Source of the DNA: Salpingoeca rosetta
Taxonomy: Eukaryota > Protista > Choanoflagellata
Length of the DNA stretch: 64,000 nucleotides
Reading direction: 5' to 3'
Assembly (NCBI GenBank): GCA_033442325.1
Contig: JAWQFM010000026.1
Span: forward strand, 105,339-169,338
A program made the position numbers and the translations under genes. A model generated the notes under the pieces. The model searched no databases. It was not told the DNA's origin and saw only the letters and a list, made by a program, of their open reading frames with translations. This document shows positions 1-21,002 of the stretch, in pieces. Numbering within the stretch: the first letter of the stretch is position 1; each line of letters opens with the position of its first letter.

Positions 1-65
<65 letters not shown>

Positions 66-786
66 CTGGACTGAGCAGGACGCTGTCCTTCAAGCAGGCA
101 GCGCCCTTACCTCTGGGTACACTGACGATGGCATGTTTTGTTTCGGGTGGAGACGAAGCACAGCCTCTCACATCTACACGCCACACATCTACACGCCACA
201 CATCAACACAGCGCATCTACACACATGTACGCGCGCGCGCGTCTCACACACGCAACGAGGCCTTCTTCGTCCTCATTTCCACGTCGTGTCTCACCCTATG
301 CACACACACACACACATACACACATACACACCCTTCCTCCAACAACGACGACGATTGCCGCCACTTTTGTCTTCGCTGTTCAGCGAACCGCCGCGTGGAC
401 TCTGTGCCGGACCGATTACGCGTTCGCTCAAACTCCGCCTTTGTCACCTCCGAATTCAGGTACTGACTGGCCCAGTGCCCACCTGCTACACACCAACTCG
501 TTCACTCGCTCACTCACTCACTCACTCACTCACTCACTCACTCACTCACTCACTCACTCACTCACTCACTCACTCACTCACTCACTCACTCACTCACTCA
601 CTCACTCACTCACTCATCACCGCGGGCTGCAGGTTTCAGCGCGTCAGCAGCCACCGCAGCCGGCTCGCGTCGATGCTGGGCGCTGCGGGTCTGCGCACCA
701 GCAACATGGGCTCCAGACCAAACACGGCCCCAGCGCCACACACGTCCCTCACGTCCAGATTACGACACAGCAACAGCCCGCTCTGA
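66..786 (+). CDS. 3' exons of an unidentified protein-coding gene entering from upstream of the window
   Basis: Exon-like non-repetitive blocks follow CAG acceptors (about 66-130, 384-459, 633-786) and are separated by CA/CACT-repeat introns. One consistent reading is ...WTEQDAVLQAGSALTSGYTDD-ANRRVDSVPDRLRVRSNSAFVTSEFR-FQRVSSHRSRL...HSNSPL*, which needs a GC donor at 131. An alternative frame is possible and no domain was recognised. Confidence 0.4.
502..615 (+). repeat. (CACT)n tetranucleotide microsatellite, intronic
   Basis: Directly visible ctcactcact run. Confidence 0.95.
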
Positions 787-1048
787 CCTTCACATATTGC
801 AACTCCCATGACGGATGGACGATGCACATCGCACACGTTGCCCATCGTCGTCCTCTGAGTTTTGTTTGGCTAGAATATTGTAAACGATACCCATTAGAAA
901 TCTATAGGTGCGGATGATTGGTGGATGATTTTGGTGAATGTTCACAATCCACTTGGAAAAAAACAAAAGAAGGACAGGCAGGCAACGCAGACAACAACAA
1001 CCACAACAGCAGACCCACGTCCGCTTCACACCACCACAGTTGCCACTG

Positions 1049-3528
1049 ATGGGGAAGCCTGTGATGAGCGGGTGGCTCACCAAAGAAGGTGGCCGCGTGC
1101 GAAACTGGAAACGGCGGTACTTCACCCTCGACACACGCCACATGCTCCGCTACTTCAAGGCCGAGGTACGGTGTATCGTCTTGTGTTCTGCTTGGCGCCA
1201 ACCCCTCGCCGCGCTTCCTGCAGGGTGACGCTTGCGTTGTCGTCGATCGCCAACCTCACACTTGCACACACGCACACGCATTTGTGTGCATATGTATGGT
1301 GTACCTTGCTGGCAGACGGACGCAAAGGAGGCTGGCTCAATTGACATGACGCAGTGCAGAGAGATTGTGTGTGCCAGTCGATGCAAGTGCATCTGGGGCG
1401 AGAACGTCAACAAGTCCTTGGCCTTTGGCATCGTCACACCAAAACGCACCTACCACGTGTGTGGTTGCGGTTGTCTGTGTGCATGTGTGCATGTGTGTAC
1501 GTGAATGTATGTATGTATGTGTGTGTGTGCGGTTGCGTGTGTGTGTGTATGTGTGTGCCTGCCTTCCTGCCTGCCTACCTGTTTGTCATTTCGACAATCT
1601 GTCCTAAACGCCACCAGGCAGCGCACGCTCTCATTCACACTCATCTACCACGCCCTCACCCCCCTGCACACCTGCTGTGTAATCCCCGTGTTGTTGTCGT
1701 GCAGATCTACGGCGACCGATTGGATGAAGTGCAGCAGTGGATGCTGGCGTTCAAACGCGCAGCCCGAATCACCGCCGCCATCCCCATCGGCAGCCCGCTC
1801 GTCGAAGGATCAACAGAGGTCTGTGTCGGTGTCTGTCTGTCCGTCTGTCTGTCTGTCTGTCCGTCTATCTGTCTGTCTGTCTGTCTGTGTCTGTCTGTCT
1901 GTCTGCCTGTGCCTGTGCTGCAAACACGTGTTGCTCGTCTGCGCGTATCTCTGTTACCACCGTCACCATCACCGTCCCCTTCCCTGTCATGTGCGCGCTT
2001 GCTCGCGTGCTACACCTGCTCATGTTGCTTGCCTGTCTTACGCCCTCCCCTCCGCCGTCTGCACCTGCCATGACAGTCGTCCATCAAACAACGAGCAGAG
2101 GCACACGTCGACAGAGCTGTAAGGCGTTTGCGCTTTCGTCTGAGCCGCTGGTCGTGGGTTCCCGCACTGGGTGCCATTCATTGCCTGCCTCTGTCACCAC
2201 AATGCACAACACTGCGTCACACTCACCCACCAATCACAACCACGACACGTCCAATGGGACTGCACACCACCACCAGCGTCGTATCTCCATGCACATCACA
2301 CAGGACGCGCCTCCCCCCGACATTGTACGTCTGTTGTTGACATGACGCACACCGCTTGTCGCACTGATTCCCTCTCCCTTTTCTTCCCTTGTTCCCTTCC
2401 TCTGTTCTTCCCCCCTCCCTCCCTCCCTTCTGCAACGATCACACACACACACACACACACACATACACACACACACACACACAACATGGCACGTGACGTT
2501 TGTTCAACACCAATCGTGCTCCAATTCACCCCTCCCATCCCACCACCCATCCTGTGCGCAGCCGGAGCCAGCGCGGCATACGGTGTCCTCGGTGCCGTCC
2601 GTTCGTCGGCAGCGCGATGGCATTGCACCCATGCCGCCCATTGGTGAGGGTGCAACGTTACCCACAGCGCCAATGGCGAGCGAACACCAGCACGAGGAAG
2701 CGCAACAATCAGCACCGCCGCCGCCGTCGGAGGTGAGACCAAGTCGGGGGGAGGGTGGAGCGGAGGTGAAAGCAAGCTGTGCGCACGAACACGAACTTTG
2801 ATATGCGTGTCGTTTTGAACCATGTTCACAAGCACACACACCACAACACAACCACACAAACCCACAAACCCACACACACACAACCCCACATTCGCACAAC
2901 ACACCCTCGTTCACACAACGCAATGCTCACACATACACGCACACCACACCCGTCCCATTCGCCTTTGCAGACGAGTGCAACCCACGAGCGGTTCAAGCAG
3001 GTGTTCAACCTTGCAGACTCTGACAGTGACAACGACAACGACGACAATGGTGATGGTGATGGTGCTGGTCTGTATGACAACTTCGACTATGCAGGGCGGG
3101 TACCAGAGGATGATGGCAGCGCGAGTGAAGGGGAAGGTGTTGCTGATGACGACAGGCCAGGGCACCAAACGAGGCAGCAGCCACTTCATTATGATGACGG
3201 TGATGGTGATGGTGATGGTGCTGATGAAGAGCGAACCGCGCTGATTCGGGCGATGCAGCAAGCAGCACTCGGAGCAAACGCGGATGCTAACGGCGACAAC
3301 AACGACAATGATGACGATGAGGGAGACATGTATGACAGTGACAGTGACGGTGGTAACGAAGTTAGTGGTGGCGGTGTTGTGAATGGCAGGACGCAAGGGA
3401 GCAGCAGCATGCACGTGCTGTCACTGGGCGTGAGTGCAACGAAGGCATCGACACCTGGCGATGACTCGTCAGACTTCTTCTCGTCAGATGAGGAGGACGG
3501 AGAGGGTGACGACGGCACCAGCTGCTGA
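1049..3528 (+). CDS. N-terminal PH-domain protein with long acidic low-complexity C-terminus (multi-exon)
   Basis: Exons 1049-1165, 1316-1456 and 1705-1818 splice GT-AG to MGKPVMSGWLTKEGGRVRNWKRRYFTL...EAGSIDMTQC...FGIVTPKRTYH-IYGDRLDEVQQWMLAFKRA. This is a classic PH signature (GWLxKxGG..WKRRYF, C-terminal helix Trp). Further exons at about 2562-2732 and 2971-3528 (D/E-rich); the middle exon structure is less certain. Confidence 0.85.
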
Positions 3529-3922
3529 CGCAGACGCACATGAACACGTTCATGTGAATGCGTGGTGAGGATGGCGTGCGGGATGGGTGTGAGATAAAGC
3601 TGAACCCATGGTGTGGTGGTGGACGGGTGGATTAGCTGCGGTTGTCATCGCTCTTATTGTCGCGCTTATTGTTGGTGCTTGGTTGCTGCGTCCCCTTTCG
3701 TTTAGTTGGTTCACGTTGTTACTCTGCGTGCTGAGCACACTGGCTTGTGGTTACATGCAGCTTGATTGACCCCTTCCTATCACACACACACACACTCTCT
3801 CTCGATCGCCTTTGATGATTAGAATGGTGGACGTACGGGTTTTGTGGAGCAGTGGGGACAGAAAGGGTGTGAGGTTGTGATGTGGATGGCAGTGGAACAG
3901 CATTGACACACACGCACGCGCG

Positions 3923-3973
<51 letters not shown>

Positions 3974-4038
3974 AACCACCACAACAGCACGAAATGCCCA
4001 CAAACCACAACAACTTGCGAACGAATGCAACAACAACG

Positions 4039-6781
4039 ATGATGAGCGAAAAAGAGGAAACGGCAGCTGCGTCCACTGCAGCAGCAGCAGCAGACGCACA
4101 CGCAAAGATGGCCGAGGCTGAAGACGAACAGCATGAGCAGCAGCAGCAGCAGCAGGAGGAGGAGGAGGAGGAGGGACCCAGGGAAGCAGAGGCAGGGAAG
4201 AGGAACAAGAAGAAGAAGCGTATCAAGGGCAAAGTCAGGCGGCTCATCGAACCGGTAGGCCTGCCTCGTGCTTGCTGTGTGTGGCATGAGCTGTGTCATG
4301 CCTCTGACTTCTCCTTCTGCTGACTTCTTTGCACTTGCGCCCCCCCTCCCGTGTTCCTCCTCTTGTGTTGTTGCTGTTGTCGTTGTGGGCCCTCACCCCA
4401 TCCTTCTTTCTGTGGGGCCTTGGGGGCCGCGCTCTGTGATGCACATGTGCAGCTCAAGTTCTACTTCAGCGACGCCAACCTGAGGCGCGACCGCTTCATC
4501 CGCGACTACATCAAGAATGATCCAGACAACTGTACGCACTGTGCAGCTGGACCTGCTGTTGACTTGTTGACTTGTTGACTTGTCAACTTGCTCTGTGTAT
4601 GTGTGTCTGTCTGTGTGTCTGTCTGTGTATGTCTGTCTATCTCTGCGTGTGTGTGTGTGTGTATGTGTGTGTCTGCGTGTCTGTATGTCTGTGTCTGCAT
4701 GTGTCTGTCTGTCTATCTGTGTGTGTGTGTGTGTGTATGTCTGTGTCTGTGCCTGTGTCTGTGTGTGCACTCACACTCACACACACACTCTCTCTCTCTC
4801 CCTCTCTCACACACACGCATGCGCATGCCTCGCACATGTCTCCCGCGTTGCGTTCGACAGACTTCCCCATCAAGCTGTTCCTGAAGTTCAACAAGGTCAA
4901 GTCGGTCACCTCCCGTATCCAGGACGTCATGCACGCCATCGAACACATTGACACGCTCGAAGTGAGTGGCCAGAGTGCCTGTGTGTCTGGCTGTTGGACT
5001 GCCTTCCTCGCTGCGTTCCTACCTTCGTACATGTGCTCCTCGCTGCCTTTCCCTCTGCCTGTGCCTTTATCGTTGGCTCTCCTTTTGTCTCATTGCACGC
5101 ATGCGTTCCTTGCCGCCTGACGACAGCTGAGCCCAGACAGGCAGAGGGTGCGCAGAAAGGACCCCGTCATCAAAGAGAAGGATGTGGATGCATGCACCAT
5201 CTACGTGGTACGCTCAACCCACCGCCATCCCCCTGTTCTCCCCCACGTGACCATGCACACGCTGCGTGTGGCACTCGCTGACAAGACAAGCTCACCATGT
5301 CCCCCATCATGTGCATACCTTGACCTAACCCTCACGCGCACGACAGGAGAAGCTGCCAGAGGCGTTTGAACACGACGATATCAACGCCCTCTTCTCACGA
5401 TTCGGTACCATCGAGTACATCAGGTCAGTGCACGTGTGTGTCTGTGTCTGTGTCTGTGTCTGTCTGTCTGTCTGTCTGTCTTGTCTGTCTGTGTCTGTGT
5501 CTGTGTCTATGTCTGTGTGCCTGCCTCACTGCTTGTGTGCGTGTCTGTGATGGCTGCCCACCCACCATCTCAAATCAATACGTTCTTTAAACCTCATGCC
5601 ATACACACACACGTCCTCCCCGCACGTGTCATGCACACTTGGTGGTGACAGCCTACCACGGTGGCCAAACAGGAAGCACAAGGGCTTTGCCTTTATTGAA
5701 TTTGCAACGCCGCTCGAGGCATCCGCATGCCGCGCACACTACGCACACCAGGTGTGTGTCTGTGTGTGTGTCTGTCTGTCTCTCTGTCTCTCTGTCTCTC
5801 TGTCTCTCTGTCTCTCTGTCTATCTGTTGCCTGCGCCGCTACCACCACCCATGCCATGTCTCTTCCACTTTCACCACGTCCCCAACTCACATCCCCCCCC
5901 TCCCCCCCCCCCTCTCCCTGACGGCAGGATGTGCCGGCTGTGCCGATGGCGGCGCGGTGCTGGAAGGGCCCACCAGTCGATCCAGCCACACTGCAGGCCG
6001 AGACACAGCAGCAGCAGCAAGTACTTCACAATGATGGTGGTGATGGTGATGATGATGATACACATGTACACCAGCAGCACCAGCAGCAGCAGACACAGCA
6101 GGAGAGTACAGGTGGTGATGGTGGTGGTGGTGGTGGGGCAATGATAACCCCTGGTGATCCGGGTGAGGACTTTCGAGTGCTGCTCAAGTGAGTCAATGTG
6201 GCCGTGTTGATCGCATGAGAGATGCATGTTGATGGATGGTGATATGCGTCACTGTCTGTCATGCGATCTTGGCTTCCAGTCGCACACGTTGTTATTTCGC
6301 ATACGCACACGCACAAATAACATGCTGCTTTCACACAACCACACACACGCGCGCGCGCTTGCCGTCACCACCACCACCACCACCGCTGCGATGGCCGTGG
6401 CAGGAGCGAGTGGCTGAATTTGAAGCGGGAGTACAAGGCGTTACAGCGGCGCATGCTGTCATCCATCAAGTTTGCACACAGGCGCCACGACAACTACGAC
6501 GGCTACCGCGACCACGATGATCACGGACAGCACCAGCAGCATGAGGAGGAGGAGGAGGCAGTGACACCACCAACAGCAGCGACAACGACGATGACAGGTG
6601 CAACAGCACCGAGCATGGCAGCTGCTGCAACGAGTGCAGTAGTGGAGGGTGAGACGGCATTTGATCCTTCAACCATTGTCAAGGGCGTTGTGCTGCGCCT
6701 TACACACATTCCGCTCGGCGTCACAAAGCAGCAACTCAAGGTGCGCTGGCCGTCGAGAGCAGCGTACACGTGCATTGTGCT

Positions 6782-6836
<55 letters not shown>

Positions 6837-7447
6837 GTGTGCGTGTGTGTGCGTGCGTGTGTGCGTGTGTGTGTGTGTTTGTGTGTGCACGTGTGCGTGT
6901 GCGTGAGCGCTTCTCTCCGCCTGTCCATATGCGTCTGCGAAGAACGATGGGACACGCATATAACCCTCCCCCTCCCTCCAACCGTCCCTGTTGCTTGCGG
7001 ACGACAGGAACATCTGCAGCGGCGGACTGTGGATGACGCCGGTGAGGGGCAGGCCATCGAGTATGTCGACTTCACGCTTGGCGACACAGAGGTGCGCTGT
7101 GACCTGTGTAAGTGCCGTGTGGCATTGATGACGCAGTATGTGCTGCAAACACAGTGAATGGATATGTTCTCTCGCATGCGCCCAACAGCTCACGATTGCA
7201 ACGCAAATCAACCTTGACAATCACGCTCACAAACACACAAACACACAAACACACACGCACACGCACGCACACACACACACACACACACACACATGAACGG
7301 GGCCTGCGTGTGCACAGGGCCATGTGCGCATGCGTGACAGCAGCACTGCGCAGCGCGTGCGGAAGGCGACGTGTCCCCCGGACGACGACGACCTCTGGGG
7401 GACAATGAAGATTGACGCGCTCAAGGGTGCGGAGTCGTGTCTGTCTG

Positions 7448-7482
<35 letters not shown>

Positions 7483-8271
7483 GTCTGTGTAAACTTGTGT
7501 GTGTGTGTGTAAATGTGTGTCTCAGTCTGCCTGCTCTGTCTGTCTGTCTGTTTCCCTACTCTGTCTGGTTCCTTGCTCTGTTTTGTCTGTCTTTGCATCT
7601 GTACTTGCATCCAAGATTGCGTGTGACTCACCAGCGCAAACGCTCTGCCATGACCACATCATCCATATCCATGCATGATTTACTCTTCAGGGCCGGCGGA
7701 GGTTGCGTACTGGAAACACATACACGAGAGCAAGCTGCAGCGGAAACAGAAGCAGAAGCAGAAGAAAGCAAAGTACGTGGTGCGCTGTTCAATACCAATG
7801 CAACGCTAAATCCGCCTCACTGCCACATGACCTCCTGTCGTCTTCCACCGTCCCTCCTCCACGCTCACGTGCCACCCTTCTCCCTCTCTCACCTACTCCC
7901 CTCTCTCCCCTTGGCTCTTTGTGGGCTCGTGTGTGTGGTGCAGGCGCGGAAAGAGCAAGTGGCTGGCGGCTGAGGCGAGCGCACCGCGGGTTGCTGCAAC
8001 CACGCGCGACACCCCGCTGTCCAAACTCGCAGCACAGCGCATTCACATCACCTTTGATGACGAGGAGGAAGAGGACAGAGGAGGAGGTAGAGGAGAAGGA
8101 GATGTGCAACAGCAGCAGCAGGAGGAGGAGGAGGAAGGGCCAGCAGCCATGCAGCAGCAGCAGCAGCAGCAGCGAACAGAGGTGTGTAACTAACGGGAGT
8201 TGTTTCTGCCTTGAAAACAATCATGTCGCTTGTTCACGCTCATCCAATTCAACTCAACTGACAAACTCACC

Positions 8272-8357
<86 letters not shown>

Positions 8358-8878
8358 CTGTTGGCCCGAGCCAGGCGGACATTGAGGAAGCGCTGCGAGG
8401 GGAGGAGGAGACGCGGGTCATGGCAGATGCAGCGACACACACAACACCGCGGCCTCAGCGCAAACGGGAGCGCAGGAAACGGCGCTCGTCTGCCGGTGCC
8501 GGTCGCATTGGCGGCGGTGGTGGTGATGTGTGGGCAAGTGAGGGCGAGAGTGGTGCTGATGGGAAGAAGCAGCACGGAAAGAAGACCAAGAAGGGCAAGA
8601 AGAAGCCGAAGGACAAGAGCAGAAGGAGCATGCACAAGGAGGGCAAGAATGATGATGGTGGTGATGGCAACGACACGGCAGGCGGCACAGCGGACGAGGC
8701 GGATGACGACAAGAAGCGGCAGGAGCGGCGGAGGCGGCGCAAGAGCGGTGGGAGGAAGAGCAGGGGCAAGGTGGTGGCGGCGGCGGCGGAAGGTGTCGAA
8801 GGTGGTGCTGGTGCTGGTGGTGATGATGACGACGATGGAGAGCGGCCACGCAAGCGGGCAAAGAAACAAGGCGAGTGA
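4039..8878 (+). CDS. LARP7: La-related protein 7-like (La motif + RRM1 + C-terminal xRRM), about 13 exons
   Basis: Spliced translation gives the La motif ([17 protein letters not shown]...[13 protein letters not shown]), RRM1 (TIYVEKLP...[15 protein letters not shown]...KGFAFIEF), linker ([22 protein letters not shown]), xRRM (KGVVLRL...[17 protein letters not shown]...[17 protein letters not shown]) and RIHITFDD. These match recalled LARP7 hallmarks (YW helix, HIRF-like motif). Confidence 0.85.
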
Positions 8879-9906
8879 CAGCAGATATGCATGTGTGGGT
8901 GTTGAATGGGGGGGGGGGCAAAGGCAGGCAAGATACAAAATAAATAGCTCAGAATAGCTTTGTGGCACTTGTGCATGAACGAAGCACACTATCACACACA
9001 CACAACACACACACAACAATATCACACTCACTCACTCACACACAACACACAACACACACACACACACACACAACACGACACACAACAATATCACACTCAC
9101 TCACTCACACACAACACACAACACACACACACACAACAATATCACACTCACACACACACACACAACACAATCCACACAACACATCACACCACACGCCACT
9201 ACGTTTCTTTCTTTGAGGGAAAAAAAGAGAAAGGCAAGCAGCAAGGGCAAACCTCTTGCGAGAAGAGGGCCCGCCGCGCCCGTGGTGGTGGTTTCTAAAG
9301 GGAGGGAGAAGTGGAAGCCCAGACAAGTGGGGAGGAAGCGAAGTGATAACGACTAACTGACCACGTACTCACGGAGAGGGAGAGCCGATATCCTTTTCAC
9401 TGCATCACCACAAGAAAGCGAGGTGGCATCCAGCATACACACTGCGGAAGGTGAAGGTTGGAGAGATGAGGTGCACAAGCGGGTGTACAGCCTAATGGCC
9501 ACATGAACCGACGGGTCGCGACAATGCCACAAGGGCAAAGCATAGAACACACAACACGCACAAAGCGCAAAGCGCAACCCAGAGGGAACGAGCACGACAG
9601 CTGCGACACCACACACAAGAGAAGCAATTAAGCGGGGTGAAACCACCGAATCACACAGTTTGCAAGAGAGACATATGTGTTCGAGCTCCAGCTTGCACAC
9701 TTGTGGGTTCACTTGGTTGGGTAGAAATTTTGTCATGTTATCAACAGAAACATCAACAAAATAAAAACAACACAATTTTTTTCCAGCGAACCAAACCACC
9801 AAAAGTGGTCTTGCTGTGGCTGCAGTGCTTGGATCTACGCTCAACAAGTCGTGCTTGTTGTGTGAGTGTGTGTGAGTGTGTGTGAGGAGCAGACACACTG
9901 CCAATC

Positions 9907-17628
<7,722 letters not shown>

Positions 17629-17936
17629 TCATCGCATCATCGTCATCCTTGGTTGTCGTTGTGTGTCACCTCTTCCGTCGCCGCTCCTCGCTGCTTCTCT
17701 GACACCTTCATCTTCTTGTTCTTTCTGTCGTAGTAGTTGACTTGTTGCTTGCGTGCTTGCTTGCGTGCTGTGATTACCATTGTCACGCCACATCATTTCC
17801 ACCTGCGTTTGTTGTTTCTTGGTTTGCTGTTGTCTTGTTCATTGGCAGTACAATACACACGGCACTCTCTTGCTTCCACCGGTTGTCCTCTTCTCGTCAA
17901 TTACACGCACGCACGCACGCACGCACACACACTTTG

Positions 17937-18593
17937 CTACGCGTCGACAACGTCGCCTGTGTCAAAGTCCATGAGGTGTGCCGTGTGGCCGCAGCTGGCA
18001 ACATATGAGAGCAGCGCCGGAGCAGAGATGGCGAGCGTGATGTCGTTGCCAGATGTCGGGTGCACGAGGATGTCGTTGACCTTGCCAGCGGCGATCATGG
18101 CACGATCAAAGTACACGTGAACGCGATGCTCCTTGTCGTTGATGAGTCCAAGCGAGGTTACAGCGCCGCCTTGCAGACCTGCACAGCCAACCACACGCCA
18201 TTCAGTGGCAGTTGAGAAGAGTTTGAAAGGAGCGTGTGACAACGGGCAGTGTGATGGGAGCATGGACATGGCAGACGGGCAGCGGGAATATACCCTCGAC
18301 ACAGCCACCAACACAGGTGCCCAGGGTGTGATGTGAAGGGTACATACAACCAGTGTCCTTCGTCCAAGCCGCCCCCAACAACACGAACACACACACACAC
18401 ACATACACACACACACACACACACACATCCACACACATCCACACACATCCACACACACACCGAGCGTTTCTGTGAGCGTCTCTGGTCGAGCCATGCGCAG
18501 GTTCTTCACTTGCAGGTGCTTTTCAACCATGCTGAGAGATACGACAGTGTCTGCCAGCGCCGTGACCAGCACCAGCGTGTCTTTCTTCTTCGC
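17937..18593 (-). CDS. ProX/PrdX (YbaK-family) aminoacyl-tRNA deacylase domain; 5' part unresolved (assembly gap)
   Basis: Exons 18593-18461 and 18178-17937 give AKKKDTLVLVTALADTVVSL...NLRMARPETLTETLGLQGGAVTSLGLINDKEHRVHVYFD...ILVHPTSGNDITLAISAPALLSYVASCGH. This matches the ProXp-ala/PRORSD1 pattern (LRxA, GxxxGxVxxxGLxND, HP..N..T..I). Confidence 0.8.
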   Translation of the reverse strand, partial: AKKKDTLVLVTALADTVVSLSMVEKHLQVKNLRMARPETLTETLGVCVDVCGCVWMCVCVCVCMCVCVCSCCWGRLGRRTLVVCTLHITPWAPVLVAVSRVYSRCPSAMSMLPSHCPLSHAPFKLFSTATEWRVVGCAGLQGGAVTSLGLINDKEHRVHVYFDRAMIAAGKVNDILVHPTSGNDITLAISAPALLSYVASCGHTAHLMDFDTGDVVDA

Positions 18594-18617
18594 CTGATGT
18601 GGAGAAGGCAGAAGTGC

Positions 18618-18696
<79 letters not shown>

Positions 18697-18966
18697 AGAG
18701 TGAGCGAAAGTTGGGCACATGTGTGTGTGTATGCGTCAGTCACACAGTGAGACACACACACACACTCACCTTGCGAAGACTCTCTCCACTGTGGAGGCCC
18801 GTGTGTTCGTACCAAACAGGTGCCACGAGGCACGCGCTCCACTGTCGAGGCCAGTGTGAATGTACATAAGCATGCATACGCGCGTGAAAGGTAAATGACC
18901 TCGTGAAACAAGACGCCGCACTTACAGAGACACACACATGAACACACACACACACACACACACACA

Positions 18967-19868
18967 NNNNNNNNNNNNNNNNNNNNNNNNNNNNNNNNNN
19001 NNNNNNNNNNNNNNNNNNNNNNNNNNNNNNNNNNNNNNNNNNNNNNNNNNNNNNNNNNNNNNNNNNNNNNNNNNNNNNNNNNNNNNNNNNNNNNNNNNNN
19101 NNNNNNNNNNNNNNNNNNNNNNNNNNNNNNNNNNNNNNNNNNNNNNNNNNNNNNNNNNNNNNNNNNNNNNNNNNNNNNNNNNNNNNNNNNNNNNNNNNNN
19201 NNNNNNNNNNNNNNNNNNNNNNNNNNNNNNNNNNNNNNNNNNNNNNNNNNNNNNNNNNNNNNNNNNNNNNNNNNNNNNNNNNNNNNNNNNNNNNNNNNNN
19301 NNNNNNNNNNNNNNNNNNNNNNNNNNNNNNNNNNNNNNNNNNNNNNNNNNNNNNNNNNNNNNNNNNNNNNNNNNNNNNNNNNNNNNNNNNNNNNNNNNNN
19401 NNNNNNNNNNNNNNNNNNNNNNNNNNNNNNNNNNNNNNNNNNNNNNNNNNNNNNNNNNNNNNNNNNNNNNNNNNNNNNNNNNNNNNNNNNNNNNNNNNNN
19501 NNNNNNNNNNNNNNNNNNNNNNNNNNNNNNNNNNNNNNNNNNNNNNNNNNNNNNNNNNNNNNNNNNNNNNNNNNNNNNNNNNNNNNNNNNNNNNNNNNNN
19601 NNNNNNNNNNNNNNNNNNNNNNNNNNNNNNNNNNNNNNNNNNNNNNNNNNNNNNNNNNNNNNNNNNNNNNNNNNNNNNNNNNNNNNNNNNNNNNNNNNNN
19701 NNNNNNNNNNNNNNNNNNNNNNNNNNNNNNNNNNNNNNNNNNNNNNNNNNNNNNNNNNNNNNNNNNNNNNNNNNNNNNNNNNNNNNNNNNNNNNNNNNNN
19801 NNNNNNNNNNNNNNNNNNNNNNNNNNNNNNNNNNNNNNNNNNNNNNNNNNNNNNNNNNNNNNNNNNNN
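18967..19868. other. Assembly gap, 902 N (other gaps: 12128-12240, 23788-23887, 31696-31922, 35656-35755, 37846-37945)
   Basis: N runs, almost all flanked by microsatellites. Confidence 1.
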
Positions 19869-19889
19869 GTGTGTGTGTGTGTGTGTGGT

Positions 19890-19957
<68 letters not shown>

Positions 19958-20185
19958 GGTGTGGGTGTGGGTGTGGGTGTGGGTGTGTGGGTGGGTGGGT
20001 GGGTGTGTGGAAGGAGGTGAGCAAATGACTGAAAGAGTGGAAGTGAGGAGGGAGACATATAGGAAACGCGTAAAGGCGAGCGGATAGATGGAAGCGCATG
20101 CACAGCTGCGACGAAATCGTGGGGTAGACACATGACAAACGCGGCGTGCACAGCCAGAACTCAACATTGTGCCAACGTTGCCAAC

Positions 20186-20522
20186 CTTGAAGGTGGTGAG
20201 GAAGTAGTGGGAGTACATGAGGACGTGGATGAAGCTGTTGATAAAGGCGCCAAGAGCAACATCGCCGCTGCCGGAGAGGCAGATGTACGCAAAGGAGATG
20301 ATGGTGATGGAGGAGTGATGGTACACGTGCAGGAAGGAGAGCTGGTTCCACTTGTGGCGCAGGATGAAGATGAAACTGTCAAGAAACTCCCAGAACCTGA
20401 GAAGACAGGCACAAGAACGTGTACACGTGTGTGGACATGTGTAAACATGTGTGTGCGTGTGAGTGTGAGTGTGAATATGTGAGTGAGTGGGTGTGTGTGT
20501 GTGTGTTGTGTGAACGTGTGTG

Positions 20523-20570
<48 letters not shown>

Positions 20571-20964
20571 TGCATCGAAACGCAGCATGTAATGGTGAGT
20601 GGAGCAAAGGAGCATGGTGTGTTCAATGCTATCAACAACAACTTAAACAACAACAACGCACGTGTGCAACGCACTTTTGAATATAGTAGAGCCAGATGAA
20701 GCAGAGCAGGTGCTTGCCGCCCTCCGTGCGGGCGTCCATGCGTTCACCGTTGCCGTAGTAGGAGATGAAGCCATAGCGGATGCAGTTCATGATGATACCG
20801 TAGCACACGGCACCAGCGAGGATAACACACGACAGGTTGTACGCCCTGTAGAGATTGAGTGTCAAAAAAAGAGGTGAGAGGTGAGGACGCCAGCCCGCAC
20901 CAACACGCCGGCACAGCAAGACAGACAAAACAGCACCACATGCACCTTAGCCACGCATGTTCAC

Positions 20965-21002
<38 letters not shown>

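Noticed and set aside
9660-9700. GTTCGA B-box-like motif as a tRNA gene
   Set aside because: No cloverleaf or A-box spacing could be built.
9353-9904. 183-aa minus-strand ORF upstream of AP2A
   Set aside because: No recognisable domain, Cys/Leu-rich noncoding-like composition, overlaps the promoter region.
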